The notes: a model not told the origin generated them from the letters alone. A stretch of 64,000 nucleotides of DNA from Lepidodermella squamata (GCA_047495785.1 JBLDXI010000018.1:124001-188000), one strand, 5' to 3'. Counted from the first letter of the stretch, positions 47,023 through 60,100 are shown. Made by a program: numbers and translations.

Positions 47023-48474
47023 ATCACCGTTGAGTGCAGGGGGTTTGAGGGCATCAAAATCCACATAGTTCACATAATTCGCTGCATATCGCGCCAATAA
47101 TCGGTTTACCGGCATGTTAACGTCATGACGAAACGAACTCGTCTTAGGAATCTGGATCAGAAATCTGCGGCGCCGTGGGACGATCAGGTGGAGCGCCCGA
47201 CACGGCCACGCGAAAAAGTGTGATATCCGGCACGGTAAGGATATCACACAGGTTCGATGTAAAGGGCAAATAACAGTCAGGCAGAAATGATCCAAAACTC
47301 CTCATTTTATTATTATTGTATTTTTGGTATTTTTTACGTGTGGCACGCAGGCCGCTTATTGGTTGGTATGCGACCAATCGCGCTCGATTTGCGTTTCGGG
47401 CGTCCGCATAGCACAGTTTATAAAGGTGTCAGTGTCTCAATCCTTACTTTTCTTGTTTATTAGATAGCTTGTTTCGAAACCTTCCTCGATTGAAAAGCAA
47501 TGAATAAAGACATTAATTGCAAGGAGCAAATGTGTTTTGCTGCGATAAAAGGAATGTACTTTTGTATATGCGAGGGCTCGATTATAAGACCAGTCTTATA
47601 CATATTCGATTTTTTGTTCGAGACGGCCGTTTTTTCGAAAAGCAAACGAACAAATGACCAGTCTTAAGTATGAGCAAACAGGGAGTTGGATGCTCTTGTC
47701 ATGCGAGAAGTATAACGATCGACTTCTTGGTGTAGGAACAAATAGACATTACGGAATAGGCTGAATTGCCACGAGTTGCCTTTCAGTTGCAAAGTCTCGC
47801 GTTTGCGAACGCAAGGCTATTGCCAAAAAATAGAGTTCTCCTGTGAAATGAATAAATTATAGCGCCCCAATTTTTGCGGCGATAGGAAATGAAACAAACG
47901 TCTCTTTGAGGCGAATAAAAAATTGATTTCATAAACAGGTACATACCGTACAACAGGTTCATTGACAACAGATTATTTATTTAATGAATAGAACACCGTT
48001 CCCATTTTTTTCAGGGCAAAAAAGTGTCTGCCATCGCATCTTTTTTCCCAAAAGAGTCTGCAAAATGATTTTGTCAAAAACTTGTTTATCGAACCAAAAG
48101 CAATCAAATACCAGAGTGGCTACTTCTATCCTCATCTGCGAGCGAAGCGAGCTTCATCTGACCATTTCTTTATTTAATTCCCTAAAAATGTTCTCCAAAT
48201 GCTTCAAAATTTCGAGAATTAAACGCGAAATAGGTCAGCTACAGCCATCATTATATGAAAACCATGAAGTGTCCGCCGAAAAAATAACCCTACCCCTTTT
48301 TCACCCTATTTTATATCCCCAAACGATAGGGATTATTTTTTGGTGTATGCCACTGAGCGTGGGCAAAAATCGAAACACTGGAATGGAAAAGCCGTCTTAA
48401 GGATCATAAATCATAAAAGTCACTCTGTGGATTTTTTGCTGATAGGATAAAAATTCTAATGTAAATACTTGGCA

Positions 48475-50129
48475 ATGAGTTATCAGGCACCAACTTATTC
48501 CTCTTTGAGGAAACAATCGACGGTGATTCCTTATAGTCCCAGATATGCGCCGTCGCCACAGTCGCCACAGTCGCAATTTTCTGATTTTTCATACTCACCG
48601 ACTCCTCTTGATCCGAAAAATCAAACATCGGATGTTCCGAATATGGCTAAAATCTTTGCCATCGCAACTTTGGTAGCTGCAATCCTTGTTGGCGGCTTTG
48701 TCGGAGCTTTCCTATCAGTTCCAGCTTTGCTGTATGCTTCGGAGCAACCACTTGATAGAAAGCGATATCGGCGATCGTTAGCCCTTTCTCTAGCAAGCCT
48801 TGCTATAACTACTACAATACTCATATTATGGCTTCTATGCCTCATCTGGCACTTCAATGCACCTTGTAAACAGGTTTCCTGTCCGCCATACCTATGCCTG
48901 TGCGCTGCTGAGTGCGCGCAATCTGATTCAACAACGAAATCGCCTAGTGCTGCAACTGCTTCAACGCTTAATTCGATTTGTCCAACAAGCTGCACTTACT
49001 CGCCTTACTCGTATGACTGTTTCTCGAAATGTGGGACAAGTTGCTGTCAAGGAAGCTCATCGTCAACACCGTCACTGGCGACAAAGGCGACTTCTCCTCC
49101 TCTTGTAGTTCCTGTTGTAATTCCACCCATGATCTACGTACCGAGTTCATCTTCCACGGAAGCTGCTACGTCAACAACAACACCGACGACCACATCAACC
49201 ACAACTAAAACATCGACTTCGACAACTACCCCAACGACCACTAAAACATCCACGTCTACATCGACTTCCACGTCAACTTCAACAACAACCCCAACCACCA
49301 CGTCAACGTCGACAACGACAACGACGACACCTACGACGACTACAACGACGACTACAACGACGCCCACAACGACGTCAACTTCGACAACAACAACGACGAC
49401 ACCTACGACGACTACAACAACCCCAACCACCACGTCCACGTCGACATCAACAACGACGACACCTACGACGACTACAACAACCCCAACCACCACGTCCACG
49501 TCGACATCAACAACGACGACACCTACGACGACTACAACAACCCCAACAACTACAACAACAACAACAACAACGACCACATCGCCTACAACTACTACTACAG
49601 ATCCTTATCACCAATCGACACCGTCAGATCTAACCAACTGCTTCAATACGTCTTTTAACAAATTTTTTGTACTTGAGGGGGCTTGGGACTGGGGCACAGC
49701 CTATGCGCAATGCGTGAATGCTAAAGCTCGTTTAGCCGTTGTCCTTTCCAGCTCGGATCAAAGTGTCCTTGCTACAAAGCTAAGTAAGATGTTGCTTGTG
49801 CTTTTAATTTTCCTTAATCAAGTAAAAATATTTCAGATGCGAGTATTCCTTTTGGTTGTAATGGTTATTGGTTCGCTCTTAAAAGAAACTCCACAAGCGG
49901 CCAGCTGTGGTTTGATTCAGTTGGCTGGGACCCAACAACTCCAGTCACGTACACAAATTGGTATGGCGGGCAACCAGATAGCAAAACCTGCGATGGTTCC
50001 CAGATAAGTCTAGGATGTATACGGCTAGTTGCTAGCAATGGTCAGTGGACCGATGTCGATTGTTCGCTATCGTCACCCATGAACGGAGCTCTTTGCGAGC
50101 GGCCAAATTGCGACGGTACGTGGGTCTAA
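48475..50129 (+). CDS. Membrane-anchored mucin-stalk C-type lectin, QPD type (lectin 2), inverted paralog of lectin 1
   Basis: Intron 49784-49836; exon 2 ASIPFGCNGYWFAL..WYGGQPDSKTC..GQWTDVDC..GALCERPNCDGTWV*; TAA 50127-50129. Confidence 0.85.
49165..49600 (+). repeat. Thr-rich coding repeat including a 60-nt tandem unit (~3 copies, 49381-49547)
   Basis: Segments starting 49381, 49441 and 49501 are near-identical. Confidence 0.85.
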
Positions 50130-50409
50130 ACTCCGAAATCTTGCGAACATGGAAATAATGACTGCTAACCACACGTGCGTTCCCGTGAAATGACATGAAG
50201 GTCTTCACCTTTCGAATAAATATTGTTGAACATTGCGCGTAAAAAATATTTTTCCAAGTCAGTCTTAGGCGGCTTGTTTTTAGCTTTTAACAATTGTGTG
50301 CAAAATGAAAGAATGGAAGAATGTTGAATAGATGTTAAAACGAAAATTGAAAATATCTTCTGATGTATAATTAGGTATAAATGCGAAATTCTGAGCAATA
50401 GGTGGCGCT

Positions 50410-50815
50410 TCGTTCCGCGTTCCGCGTCACCGCCTGTGAGGTCGCCTGTCTTCCTTCTCAACGCTCGCCTGCCGCCCGGCCCGCTCCCTGTCCCACAATG
50501 TTAGTCTTTCTCCTCTTTTTTCCTCCCCCTCCTGCTTATTTCCTTGTTTCTTCTTCTCACGTCCTCTACCTTCCGTCTCTGCTGTCCTATCACTAATCAC
50601 TAGCCTTCTGTCTTCTGCTGTGTCTGATAATTCCGCTCCTTGTGATAATTTCAGTATGTGCCCGTCCGGTGTTATGAGTGGCGCACTGTCCCGGACAAGC
50701 GCCTTTTCGTGCTGTGCCTGCGCCTTTTTTCTTACCTTCTAAATTGTACATTTTCATTAGGCATCATTCATCTGGAAAAAAGGACAAAATAAAAAGCTTT
50801 TCGTTTCGTTTCGTT
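50410..50815 (+). mobile_element. Second, shorter 3' fragment of the same LINE family as 43965-44825
   Basis: Near-identical reverse complement of ~43965-44355, same (TTTCG)n tail. Confidence 0.85.
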
Positions 50816-51012
50816 AACACTTCCACTGCGGCGGGCAGCAATTACTGCCGGGTCTTAGACAGTCGTCGCGCTATTAAATTTAAACACGAAGATGTGCAAA
50901 CATTCTCTCGAACGAAATAGTCTCAACATTTATTTGAGAACCAGCATGATCGCATGACGTAAGAGCATCAATTACTTCGAATATCTGAACAAGGCTGGTG
51001 AAGATTGGGGCC

Positions 51013-51819
51013 TAAGCTAGGTTCACGGACTCTGCGACTGCGCGACAAGTGTCGCGGGTGTGTCGGACGAAAACAGCGACGCGACACACACAGATAGTCA
51101 CGCTTGAAAATTCTGTCGCGCGCGACTAACTTTTGTTTTGGCTCAATTGCGGGCCCACAGTAGTCCCGCCCGGCCCCCAAGCGTCGGTTGCGCAATTGCG
51201 GGTAAAAGCGGAACAAAATTATAGAAAACGTAAAAATAATTTTCAACAACATTTTGGCCGCGCGCGCAGAAGTCAAATGGCTACTTTCAAATATCGCGGC
51301 GGTTTTAATACTTCAATAAAATCTAAACAATTCTCTATCGAATGAATATGGGGGTTCTCGTGCGAAAAAATGAAAATAAAGCCTATGCGCTTATTATTGA
51401 GTTATTATTTATTATTAAACCAGTGTTTTGCGTGGGCGGCATTTGATCTTGAGCGGGGGCGGTTTATGGTTTATTATTATTATTGCCTTCTTGCCTTCAA
51501 CTTGTCGCGTTGTCGCGTTGTCGCGCTCAAAACAGGCGATTTTCACCCTCTCGACGCGACACGCGACAAAATCCATTGTTCTTTCTGTCGCTCGCTGTTA
51601 CGCAACGGCCGCCCAGCCCTATTGTTCGGGCGCCCGTCGCGTCGCTGAGTCCATGAACGCACTACCGTTTTGTCGCGCACAACACTGATGCGACACCCGC
51701 GACACGCGCGACACCGCTGAGTCCGTGAACAAGTGCGCGACTGTCGCGCGCGACACCGGATTTGTCGCGCCGCTCAGTTGTCGCGCGCGACAAATCGCGA
51801 GTCCGTGAACCCAGCTCTA
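51013..51819. mobile_element. GC-rich MITE (hAT-like ends) with TGTCGCG subterminal repeats
   Basis: AGCTAGGTTCACGGACTC ... GAGTCCGTGAACCCAGCT; no TSD found. Confidence 0.65.
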
Positions 51820-52129
51820 GAATTCACGACAGAGTTCGATTTCAGATGGAGTGCTGAACATTTTGGACCTCACTGTCATCGTGAAACCATCGGGAATTTC
51901 AAATCGATTCTACAGGAAACCCATGGCTCCTATCGCAATCTTTTACGCTAATTCTAATCATCCTCGTATACAAGGATGTATCAACGCCCGTATGCTATAG
52001 CATGTTGTATAATCACAGCTCTGAACTTTGCCAAGAAGGTTTTACAAAACTGTAGCCCTGACCAATATGATTTTGCCTGCTCCGTGATTTTCAACACCTT
52101 ACGTAATCTGGAATATTCTGATGATATCT

Positions 52130-53200
52130 CTAAAAGCATCTTAAAAAGAGCTCTGGTGGCTCCAAAAAATGTTTCCATGTCTTAAAATACTCTTGTTGTT
52201 TTTTGATGGATTTTTCAATGACAGCGCGACCCGCATTTGATGGTTGCGGCACAAACAACGCTTTGTTGAGGGCTTGCAACCAGCCTTGCATCGACACCTC
52301 TCCTTCGTCGTTGACGGCAGCCGCGGCCGCTACGCCTGCCTTCTCTTCAGCTTTCTGTGCCAAGGTCTTGTTATTGCAAGCCATCTCCGGGTGGCATTTT
52401 GTTGCATACTTTAAGCGGTTTTTCTTGCAAGGACAGCGGTCGGTTGAACAATCACCCTGGCATTCGCAAACACTTCAGTACCAGCTCCAAGAGCCGTAGT
52501 CACAGCAACTTTCTTCTCTCGTATTTCGAACTCCGCAATGTTCGAAGCCGCACATTGCAGGCCAAAAATAGCTTCAATGATACCTGCTCGTGTACCCAAA
52601 GTGGCTTGGTCGTTTTTGATAGAAACGACTTTTTGGATCAGTGCCGGTTCGATCCACCTTTGAGATAGGAATCACGACGAAGTCGCTAACTTTGGGATCG
52701 GCTTTCATTCGATCCTTCGCTTCCCAGATTTCTTTCTCAGACATTCGATTCTTCAAATATTTCTCGAAGTAAACAGATCGAGCACGAATTGACGGGATCG
52801 TATTGCCCAGGCGATCGGTTGTCAAGTTTCTAGGCCACGGAATGAACTGCCCCTCTGTTACTTTCTACTACTTCGGTTACGCGGTTCGGTTATGTCAGGA
52901 TGCAAGTCTAGATGTCATTCGAAACTACAGCCATCTCCTTAATCGGCAACGCTTAGGTCTATGTGCACTTGAACCCAGACGCCATCTGCCACCATGGGCT
53001 TCCCAACAGCCAGCTTCGGTAGCTTTTTGCCCCTGATACAGGCTGAACAGTTGGCCGCCAACTTTCGATCGGCGACACAGAACAACTGTCTGATGTTGTG
53101 CTTACGATCTGCAGATAAACCTGCAACGTGCCAGCCTGAGAACAAGCCGTTATAAACAGCTTCTTCTCAGCAGCGTCACGGGGCAGTAAAGCTCTTGGCA
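52130..53200 (-). pseudogene. Decayed Ginger2/KRBA2-like integrase-type transposase
   Basis: NCSAC..KPM....VQVHIDL (Zn finger end and first catalytic Asp), VVIPISKVDR..TDPK, and off-frame C-terminal cluster CECQGDCSTDRCPCKK....ATKCHP..ACNN; frameshifts, and most of the core is missing. Confidence 0.6.
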
Positions 53201-53753
53201 TTTGAAATAGAAAATAAAAATTAATAAATTTTACAGAAGATAGAAATGCGTAATCGCATCAGGTAATTAGGTATTATTGTGCAATGCGTTATCGTTATAG
53301 ACAACCAGTTATTTCAAATGGGTTACCGTAATAACCTATATCGCTATCTTGGGCATATTGCCATTTGGGTTAACCCAATTGGCATTTGGGAGGATCGCTT
53401 ATAACGGTACGACAAATATATAGCGTCCAAAAAGTCTATTTAAGGCAAATAATAAAATGATTACATAAACAGGTACACAGATTCATTGACATCAGATTAT
53501 TTATTTAATAATAAATAATAATAATAAATGCCAAGCCGCTGGCCTGAGCACGGCGGGGAACAATAGCGCTGGTTCCCGTTGTTCCCTTGCATTTTTGAAA
53601 AGCCGGATTGTGATGATGTGATGGTGGTGGTGATGGTTTTTCCGTGCATATCAGGAATGACTATATAAAAGTGTACAGTGAAATTAGTGACCCGGAACAG
53701 TTGCAGTGTGTTCAAACACGTATCATTTTATTCGAAGAAAGCGGTCAAATTCG

Positions 53754-55644
53754 CTAACACTCAATGACGACTTTGATTCGATGCCAAATGTTGTTCACTA
53801 GTCCTTTCGCGTTCCAAATAGCTTTGAGTAACTCTGGCTGCGAGTTTTGATGCGAATCTGTAGCCATGCAAGTTAGTTCCAGGGCCGAAACTTGATCCGG
53901 AATAGCTATCTCACAAGACCAGTGAACCCAAGTCCATTGCCTGAGCCCAGAAAAATATGACAAACATTTTCAAAAATGAAGGCTGTATCGAGACCTGTAT
54001 CGAGGAGAAGGTTTTGACTCGATGATTTGTGCTCGCTGCCAATTTTCGCCTCCATCAATCGAAACCAGCACTTTTTCGATGGAATTCCCGCCGCCACTGT
54101 ACGCAAAACCCCTAACCGTCAAGGGCGAGTCCCTTCGAGAAATGTTCGCCCCGTCCAGGGGTTGGACAATAGCTGATTGAACAGGTGATTCGTAGATGGG
54201 GCGGAACTGTAACATGTCGACGTCTTTCAGGTTGCGGATGAATGGAGGCAGCACGCGGTAATCGTTTTTGAACCAGTGGGTTGAACACTCTTCTGTCCCG
54301 ATTACGATTCGACCCAGCCATTTGATACTACTGGAAAATTATGAAAAGAATGGACTTCAATCTTTTCAGCTTAAAATTGCCTTGTTTCAAAGTTCGAAGA
54401 TAAGCTATAAGTTGCAATCTCTAGAATTTAAAAAAATACCGCGATCCAATACAACCGGGCATGATAACTCGAAGTGGAAAGCCGTGATCTGGCGGAAGGG
54501 GGCCTCCATTCATGCGGAACGCCAGCAGCACATCGTCCTTATCGCGCAGTAATTTATCCTTAGGAACCGATCCACTGAACGCAACACCACTTGAATCAAT
54601 GTCCAGACCTTCGAAAGTCAAGTGACGAATTTGCTCGTCTTTTTCCAAGTCGACCCCGCATCTCTTGAGAACGTCCATAAGGCGGACTCCGGTCCACTCG
54701 GCCGTGCTAATGGCGCCGACATCCCACGGCATGCCTTGAACAGGGGCGATTGAGGCCATGACCTGTCTCCGATTTCCGCCGCATTGAATTGTAACAGCGA
54801 GCGTGACGATTTCGAAATTTTTGGCTAGTGAAATTTCAAAAAGAAAAATATTTTTCAAAATAAATTTGTTGAAAAGGTACTACCATCATCGAGATCTGCC
54901 AAGCTGAACAGATGTTTGTTGTCCCTGATCGAGTCGTAAATTTCCAATCGATAAGTCGAAGCGTCAATTTGCGGGACAGGTAAGTGATTTTGAACATAAT
55001 GCAGCTCGCTGGGCGTGATGAATTGCGTCGCGAGGCTCACTTTGGGTGTCTCGGCGTTGAAAGGCTTCATTAGGACGACCTGCAGGCGCGGGTCACGCTC
55101 CGGGTCCGACGAAAATGGATCCTCACCCACCGCCTTTTGATTAGAATCACTTCCCTGGATGCAGTCATAAATGTAAGAAATATTGCACAAAATCGATAAA
55201 TAAAAATGTCAACATTTCAGGAAATTTAAAAATGACCCCATTTCGGACAATAGTATGAGGTGAAAAAGGTGGCTCAAATTTTGCCTCCAATGAAAATGGA
55301 AGGTTAAATAATTTTTTATTACAAATTTGGAAACAATTTCTCACATTTGATTTTTCAACGCCGTTGGATTCGACTAAATTGCCGATGCGCATCGATTCAA
55401 GAATAGCGTAAATTTCGTCGCTGTAGTGCACCGGGTACTCGGCCCAGTAGGAATCGATCGACGCCCCGGCGGCCTGCATCAGGTTGTCGTCGCCACCCGG
55501 GTGCTCGTCGACGTAGTCGGTCACGTCGTAGACACCCTGGCGGCACGTGACCCACACGCGCAGCCGGCGTTTGTTATGCTCGGCGACCTGTTTCAGCGTG
55601 TAACTTGGCAGCCCATCGACACAGCGGCCAACGCTTTCATCCAT
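53754..55644 (-). CDS. SUOX: Sulfite oxidase (cytochrome b5, Moco and dimerisation domains), 5 exons, open frame
   Basis: HPGG heme motif, PFNAETP, NHLPVP, TIQCGGNRR (Mo-ligating Cys), DHGFPLR, SIKWL, DY, PVQSAI, GFAYSGGG, WNAKG; splice phases consistent. Confidence 0.9.
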
Positions 55645-57151
55645 ATCAGCAGATAACAAATCGGGAATTCGGAGAAAATCTATTGAATTTCAACCGCGTC
55701 AAATGTTTAAAAAAAGCTGGAACAAGCGAAGTAGATGATTTGTCCGAAACTACGTCCGAAACAAGGAAAGACGAGTAAAGCAAGAGTAAAGCATCAGTTG
55801 TGCAACAATCGCGGAAGTAGTTATATTTTTCGAGACTAAGCTTTAAGCAAACATATGTTTAAAGTCTAAATGTTCAAAATGATTCATAAGCCGGGACTCT
55901 TTTGTCAAGACGCAATGGACGTGAAAGCGTGCGACTGCTCTCACCGACACGGGCTGGCCACTCGGAGAACATTCTACTGCCACGAGTTTCAAAGTTTAGA
56001 TTTTTCATTTTCCAATGCCGCGCTAGAAATTAGCCTGACAGCAGTTATAGCCAAGCAATGTTCTAGTACCTATGAGCAGACGCGTAATGGGTATTGATTA
56101 CCGATGAGCGAATCGGGTTCAAATGTTTGTAATCTTATGGCTAAATTTGTCCAGCCTGCGCTCGTCGATCGTCGCCTGGAGTTGTGGGCTCGAGAAACCT
56201 GATTTTTCCGCGGTCTTCAATCTTCAACGTTCTCAAATCAGTGATAAAATCGATATTTGTAATCAACAGTTGGATCAATCGGGCGAAATTCGGTAATTAA
56301 AATGTCGATCTTGAAAGAACCGCATTTTTAGCACCGGAACCAGAAATTGGGGCGTTACAAAAACTGTAAAATTACGTTCGCTCTTTGAGCGCCATCTCAA
56401 CCTTTTCTCTTTTCTCTCATTATCAACTTCAATTTTGAAAACAAAAGACATTTATTTGTCTCTAGAAGTCATGTTTATTGCCAACAGCAATTTAGAAATA
56501 GAACATTTTTCATATTCATGATTCGCTCTCAAACAAATGCTAATTTCAGGCGCTTTCACTACAGCTCTATAACAGTTTACAGGGCACAATTATCACAATG
56601 ATTATCACAAAATCTGTTTTTTCAAAATTCAGGTAGTAGGCAAAATTATTCCGAGTAAAAAGAACACACCAGTTTTTTGATATCAACATGATAATAAAAA
56701 TCAGGCAAGAAGTAGTCGTAAATAATTATCACAAGAAATGAGGAGAAATTTCATGAGGAGAAAGAAAATCAAAAATAGTATATCATCACAGCTGGAAATA
56801 AAAGAGATCACCACTCTGCAAGTTTCAATGAATTATCACAACATTTTTTTGATTCGAGAAATCACAGATAAAATAACAAGTTGCGGTAGTTGTAAAAATA
56901 GAAAAACGAAGATATCACGATTCGGCTGTAAGGATTCCTTTCAACTTGAAAAACTTGAAAAATTCCCATTTTTTTCAATCTAGAATTCGGCTATTTTTTC
57001 AAAGAATATTTCAATCGACTTCATTCTACAAATCGATTTTTCAAAATATTAAAAATTCAGAAAAATCGAATTGAAAATTTCGAAATTTCAAATTTTTATA
57101 AATTTGAAAATTTCAGAAAAATTCTTCGAGTTTTTTATCGAACCAAATGTA

Positions 57152-60100
57152 TCACGAAATGGAGCAGACTCGGCTGGCCGGCTTGCTGTCGCCCGCATTC
57201 GTCGCCTTCGAAGCCACCGATGACGTGTCACTCTTCACCGAACTCTGCTTCTGCAGCGTTTTCCCAGCCGCAGCCGCAGCCTCGGCCGGTGCTGGCGCCG
57301 CCGCCTTCGAATTTGCAGACGCAGAGGGCGGGCGAACGGCGGCGCCTTCAAAGGACGACACCGACGAGACGCGTTCGTGCGCCACCGAGTTCGGAATCAA
57401 CTGCTGCAGGGCGAGTTGCGAGCGCAGCATGTCGATCTCCTCGCGCAGCAGCTTCTCCCGCTCGCGGGCCGCCTCCTCCGCCTCGCGCCGGATCTGCTCC
57501 CGCTCGGCCCGGTACCGCTCCTCGAGCTCGCGAACAAGGCTCTCGACGCGGGTGGTCGCCGAGCTGGACGGGCTCGAGTCGCCGAGGCTGAAGGTCGACA
57601 TTTCGCCGCTCATGAGCTGCAACTCCGAGGTGGCCCGGCTCGACCGCTGCGAGACCGGCGTGGCCGGCGAGCGGAGTTTCAGCGGCGGGCGTTGGCTCGA
57701 GGCCGATGTTGACGTCGAACCGCTCATGCCGGGTTTGCCCGCTTGGCCGCCGGCCGGCACCGTCGCCGCCGCGATGGCGCCGCTCATCGACGACGACTTG
57801 TGGTGGCCGCGTTTCGGAGGCGGCGCCGTCGCGTTGTTGTTGTTTGCCGTGGGCCCGGGCGGCGGCATGCCGGATCGCGATGACCGCGAAAAATTCGATT
57901 TCGCAAGTTGCGGCTTGGCCATTGAAGTCTTACTTGTTTTTGCTGAAAAAATGAAAGAACAAATTAAAAAATTTAGAAAATACGAAAATAAAGAACAATA
58001 TTTAGTTTTTATTGAATTCATTGTTTCATAAAAAATTCAGGAGAGTCCTACGGATTTTTCGCTGAACCAGGCTGATTATAAAATTTGCTAAAAACGGCTT
58101 TTCAAATTTTAGAAAATCATAAGCTGACATTCATATAGCAGCTTCAAGCTCAACTGAACTGAATTTGTTCTATTTTTGAACAGTTAATTTGAAGATTTTT
58201 CACGCTGAGTCTGAGTTTTGCAGGCATTGTTCATGGCTAACCCCATTGAATACCAAATTTTTTATTAGCGGTTTCGCAACGTTGACCTCGGTCTAAACAT
58301 GTCCTAACTGTTGGAAATTTGAATGTGATTTTTGTTTACTTGCAAAAGACTAACAAATCTGACTGAGAAGTAGATCCCTTTTTGTTTGGAATTATTCATA
58401 ATTTCTATCACAAAAATTTCCGAATCTGCCGAGGCTCTCTGATTTGATCCTTTCTAATTGACAGAAAGAAAGGCTTGAGAGATCCAAGAGTTGCGGGACC
58501 ATTTTTCAAGCTTGTGACTCATTTAAAAGTTACCGGAGAAAACCCGGAAAAACCCAATATCGCTATTTAACCCGGTTTGACGAAAGCTTTCCGGATTTTC
58601 AATTCCCATTTTTCTAGTGATAAGATCACTATCTTAGATATCATATCATAGTGAATAAGATCATTCTCGTGGCATTCGAGTTAAGAATTTCTACAAAATG
58701 ATACAAAATTAAAGACTCTCTAATTCATTTCCACTTGTGACACCATCACGATTTCGAGTCTTGATCGTATATGTTTATATTTACCTAGCTGCGGGTTGAT
58801 TTTAATGGCCAGCACCGGCGCGTCGTTGTCGTCCGCATCTGTGGTCGTGAGCGCCACCGAGCCGGCCTCGTCGTCGAACTCGTCATCAGCGACGGCGACC
58901 GACGACAGGTCCTCGTCGTCGGTGGTCAGGCCGCCGGTGGTGCCGCGCGTGAACGGCCGGCCCGCGCCGTTCGACCCGCCCAGCGACGAGCCGACCGAGA
59001 ACGTGCGGTTCGCCGCCGCGTGCTGCTGCGACGCCGAGGCCGACAGCAGATCGGCGGACGACGACTGCTGGCTCAGCTGCACCATCGACGCCGACCCGTG
59101 TTCCGCCTCGTCCAGCTCTTTCCGCAGCCAGTCAGGCACCTATGAAAGAAATCACCACATTTAGCACCACGAGGAAAATGAATCTTCTCACACAATTTTT
59201 GTTTAAATTTGAAAAATTATATAAAAGATGCCAATAATATTTGTTTCTCATCCAGTTTTTTTAATTTTATAGAAAAATTTGAAAGACATTCGTTTCGCTC
59301 AAATTAATTTAAATGTAATTATCTCGTGATTTTTTTATTTTTACAAAAAAAATAAAAACCACTTTAAAAATCTCAACTCCCGCATCATCAGTTGGCAACA
59401 ACTCGCCTAATGAGCGGCACTCAATACAGGAAGGCAATGGCAATGGGAACCGAAGCTGTCAACAAAGTCGGTCAAATACCAGTGGGCAAGACGATCGAAA
59501 TCACAGGTGGGGGACTGGCAAAAGTCAACGCAGCTTTCTTTCACCAGCACCAACATACAACTCTCCAGCAAGTGTACAGCCCGACTTGCAACAGGCGTGT
59601 CCGCCTCAAGCAGAACACGAAATATGGTTCGCTTTCACAACCAGGTGAGACATGGCTGACGCCGAAACTCAACATTTATTTACGATCGAAATCGGAAAGA
59701 TAATTCCAATCAACGCTCGTCGCTTGGTTTCGACTCATTGGCTGTCGTAACTGTCGTCATGACGACTTCAAAACTGTGACAAACAGGGAAATCCGAACAA
59801 TGGCCGTATCGCTAGAAACATGCATGACGCGACGGAAGCTCCGATTCTCTTCATTGAAGGCGGACGAAGTAATCAGCACCACATCAGATTCACAGTCTGT
59901 CATCTCATTCAATCCGATTTCGACATAAGCCCAGTACCTGCGTAGCCGTTCCTAATTGCTATGCTGCTCATTCTGTTGACGAAGTCTGGCAAGTTTAGAA
60001 ATCTGAGTTCCATTTGGTACCCGTGGATTCGCCATCATCCTCTGTTAGTTTCTTTGAGGATCTTGTACTCTCAATCGCCCGCTTTCTCAACAACGAGATC

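Noticed and set aside
57152-57942. Prickle, lamin or paralemmin assignment from the CaaX box
   Set aside because: No PET/LIM, filament rod or other diagnostic domain within the window
57147-58031. 294-aa plus-strand ORF
   Set aside because: Antisense to a GC-rich exon whose splice phases fit the minus-strand gene
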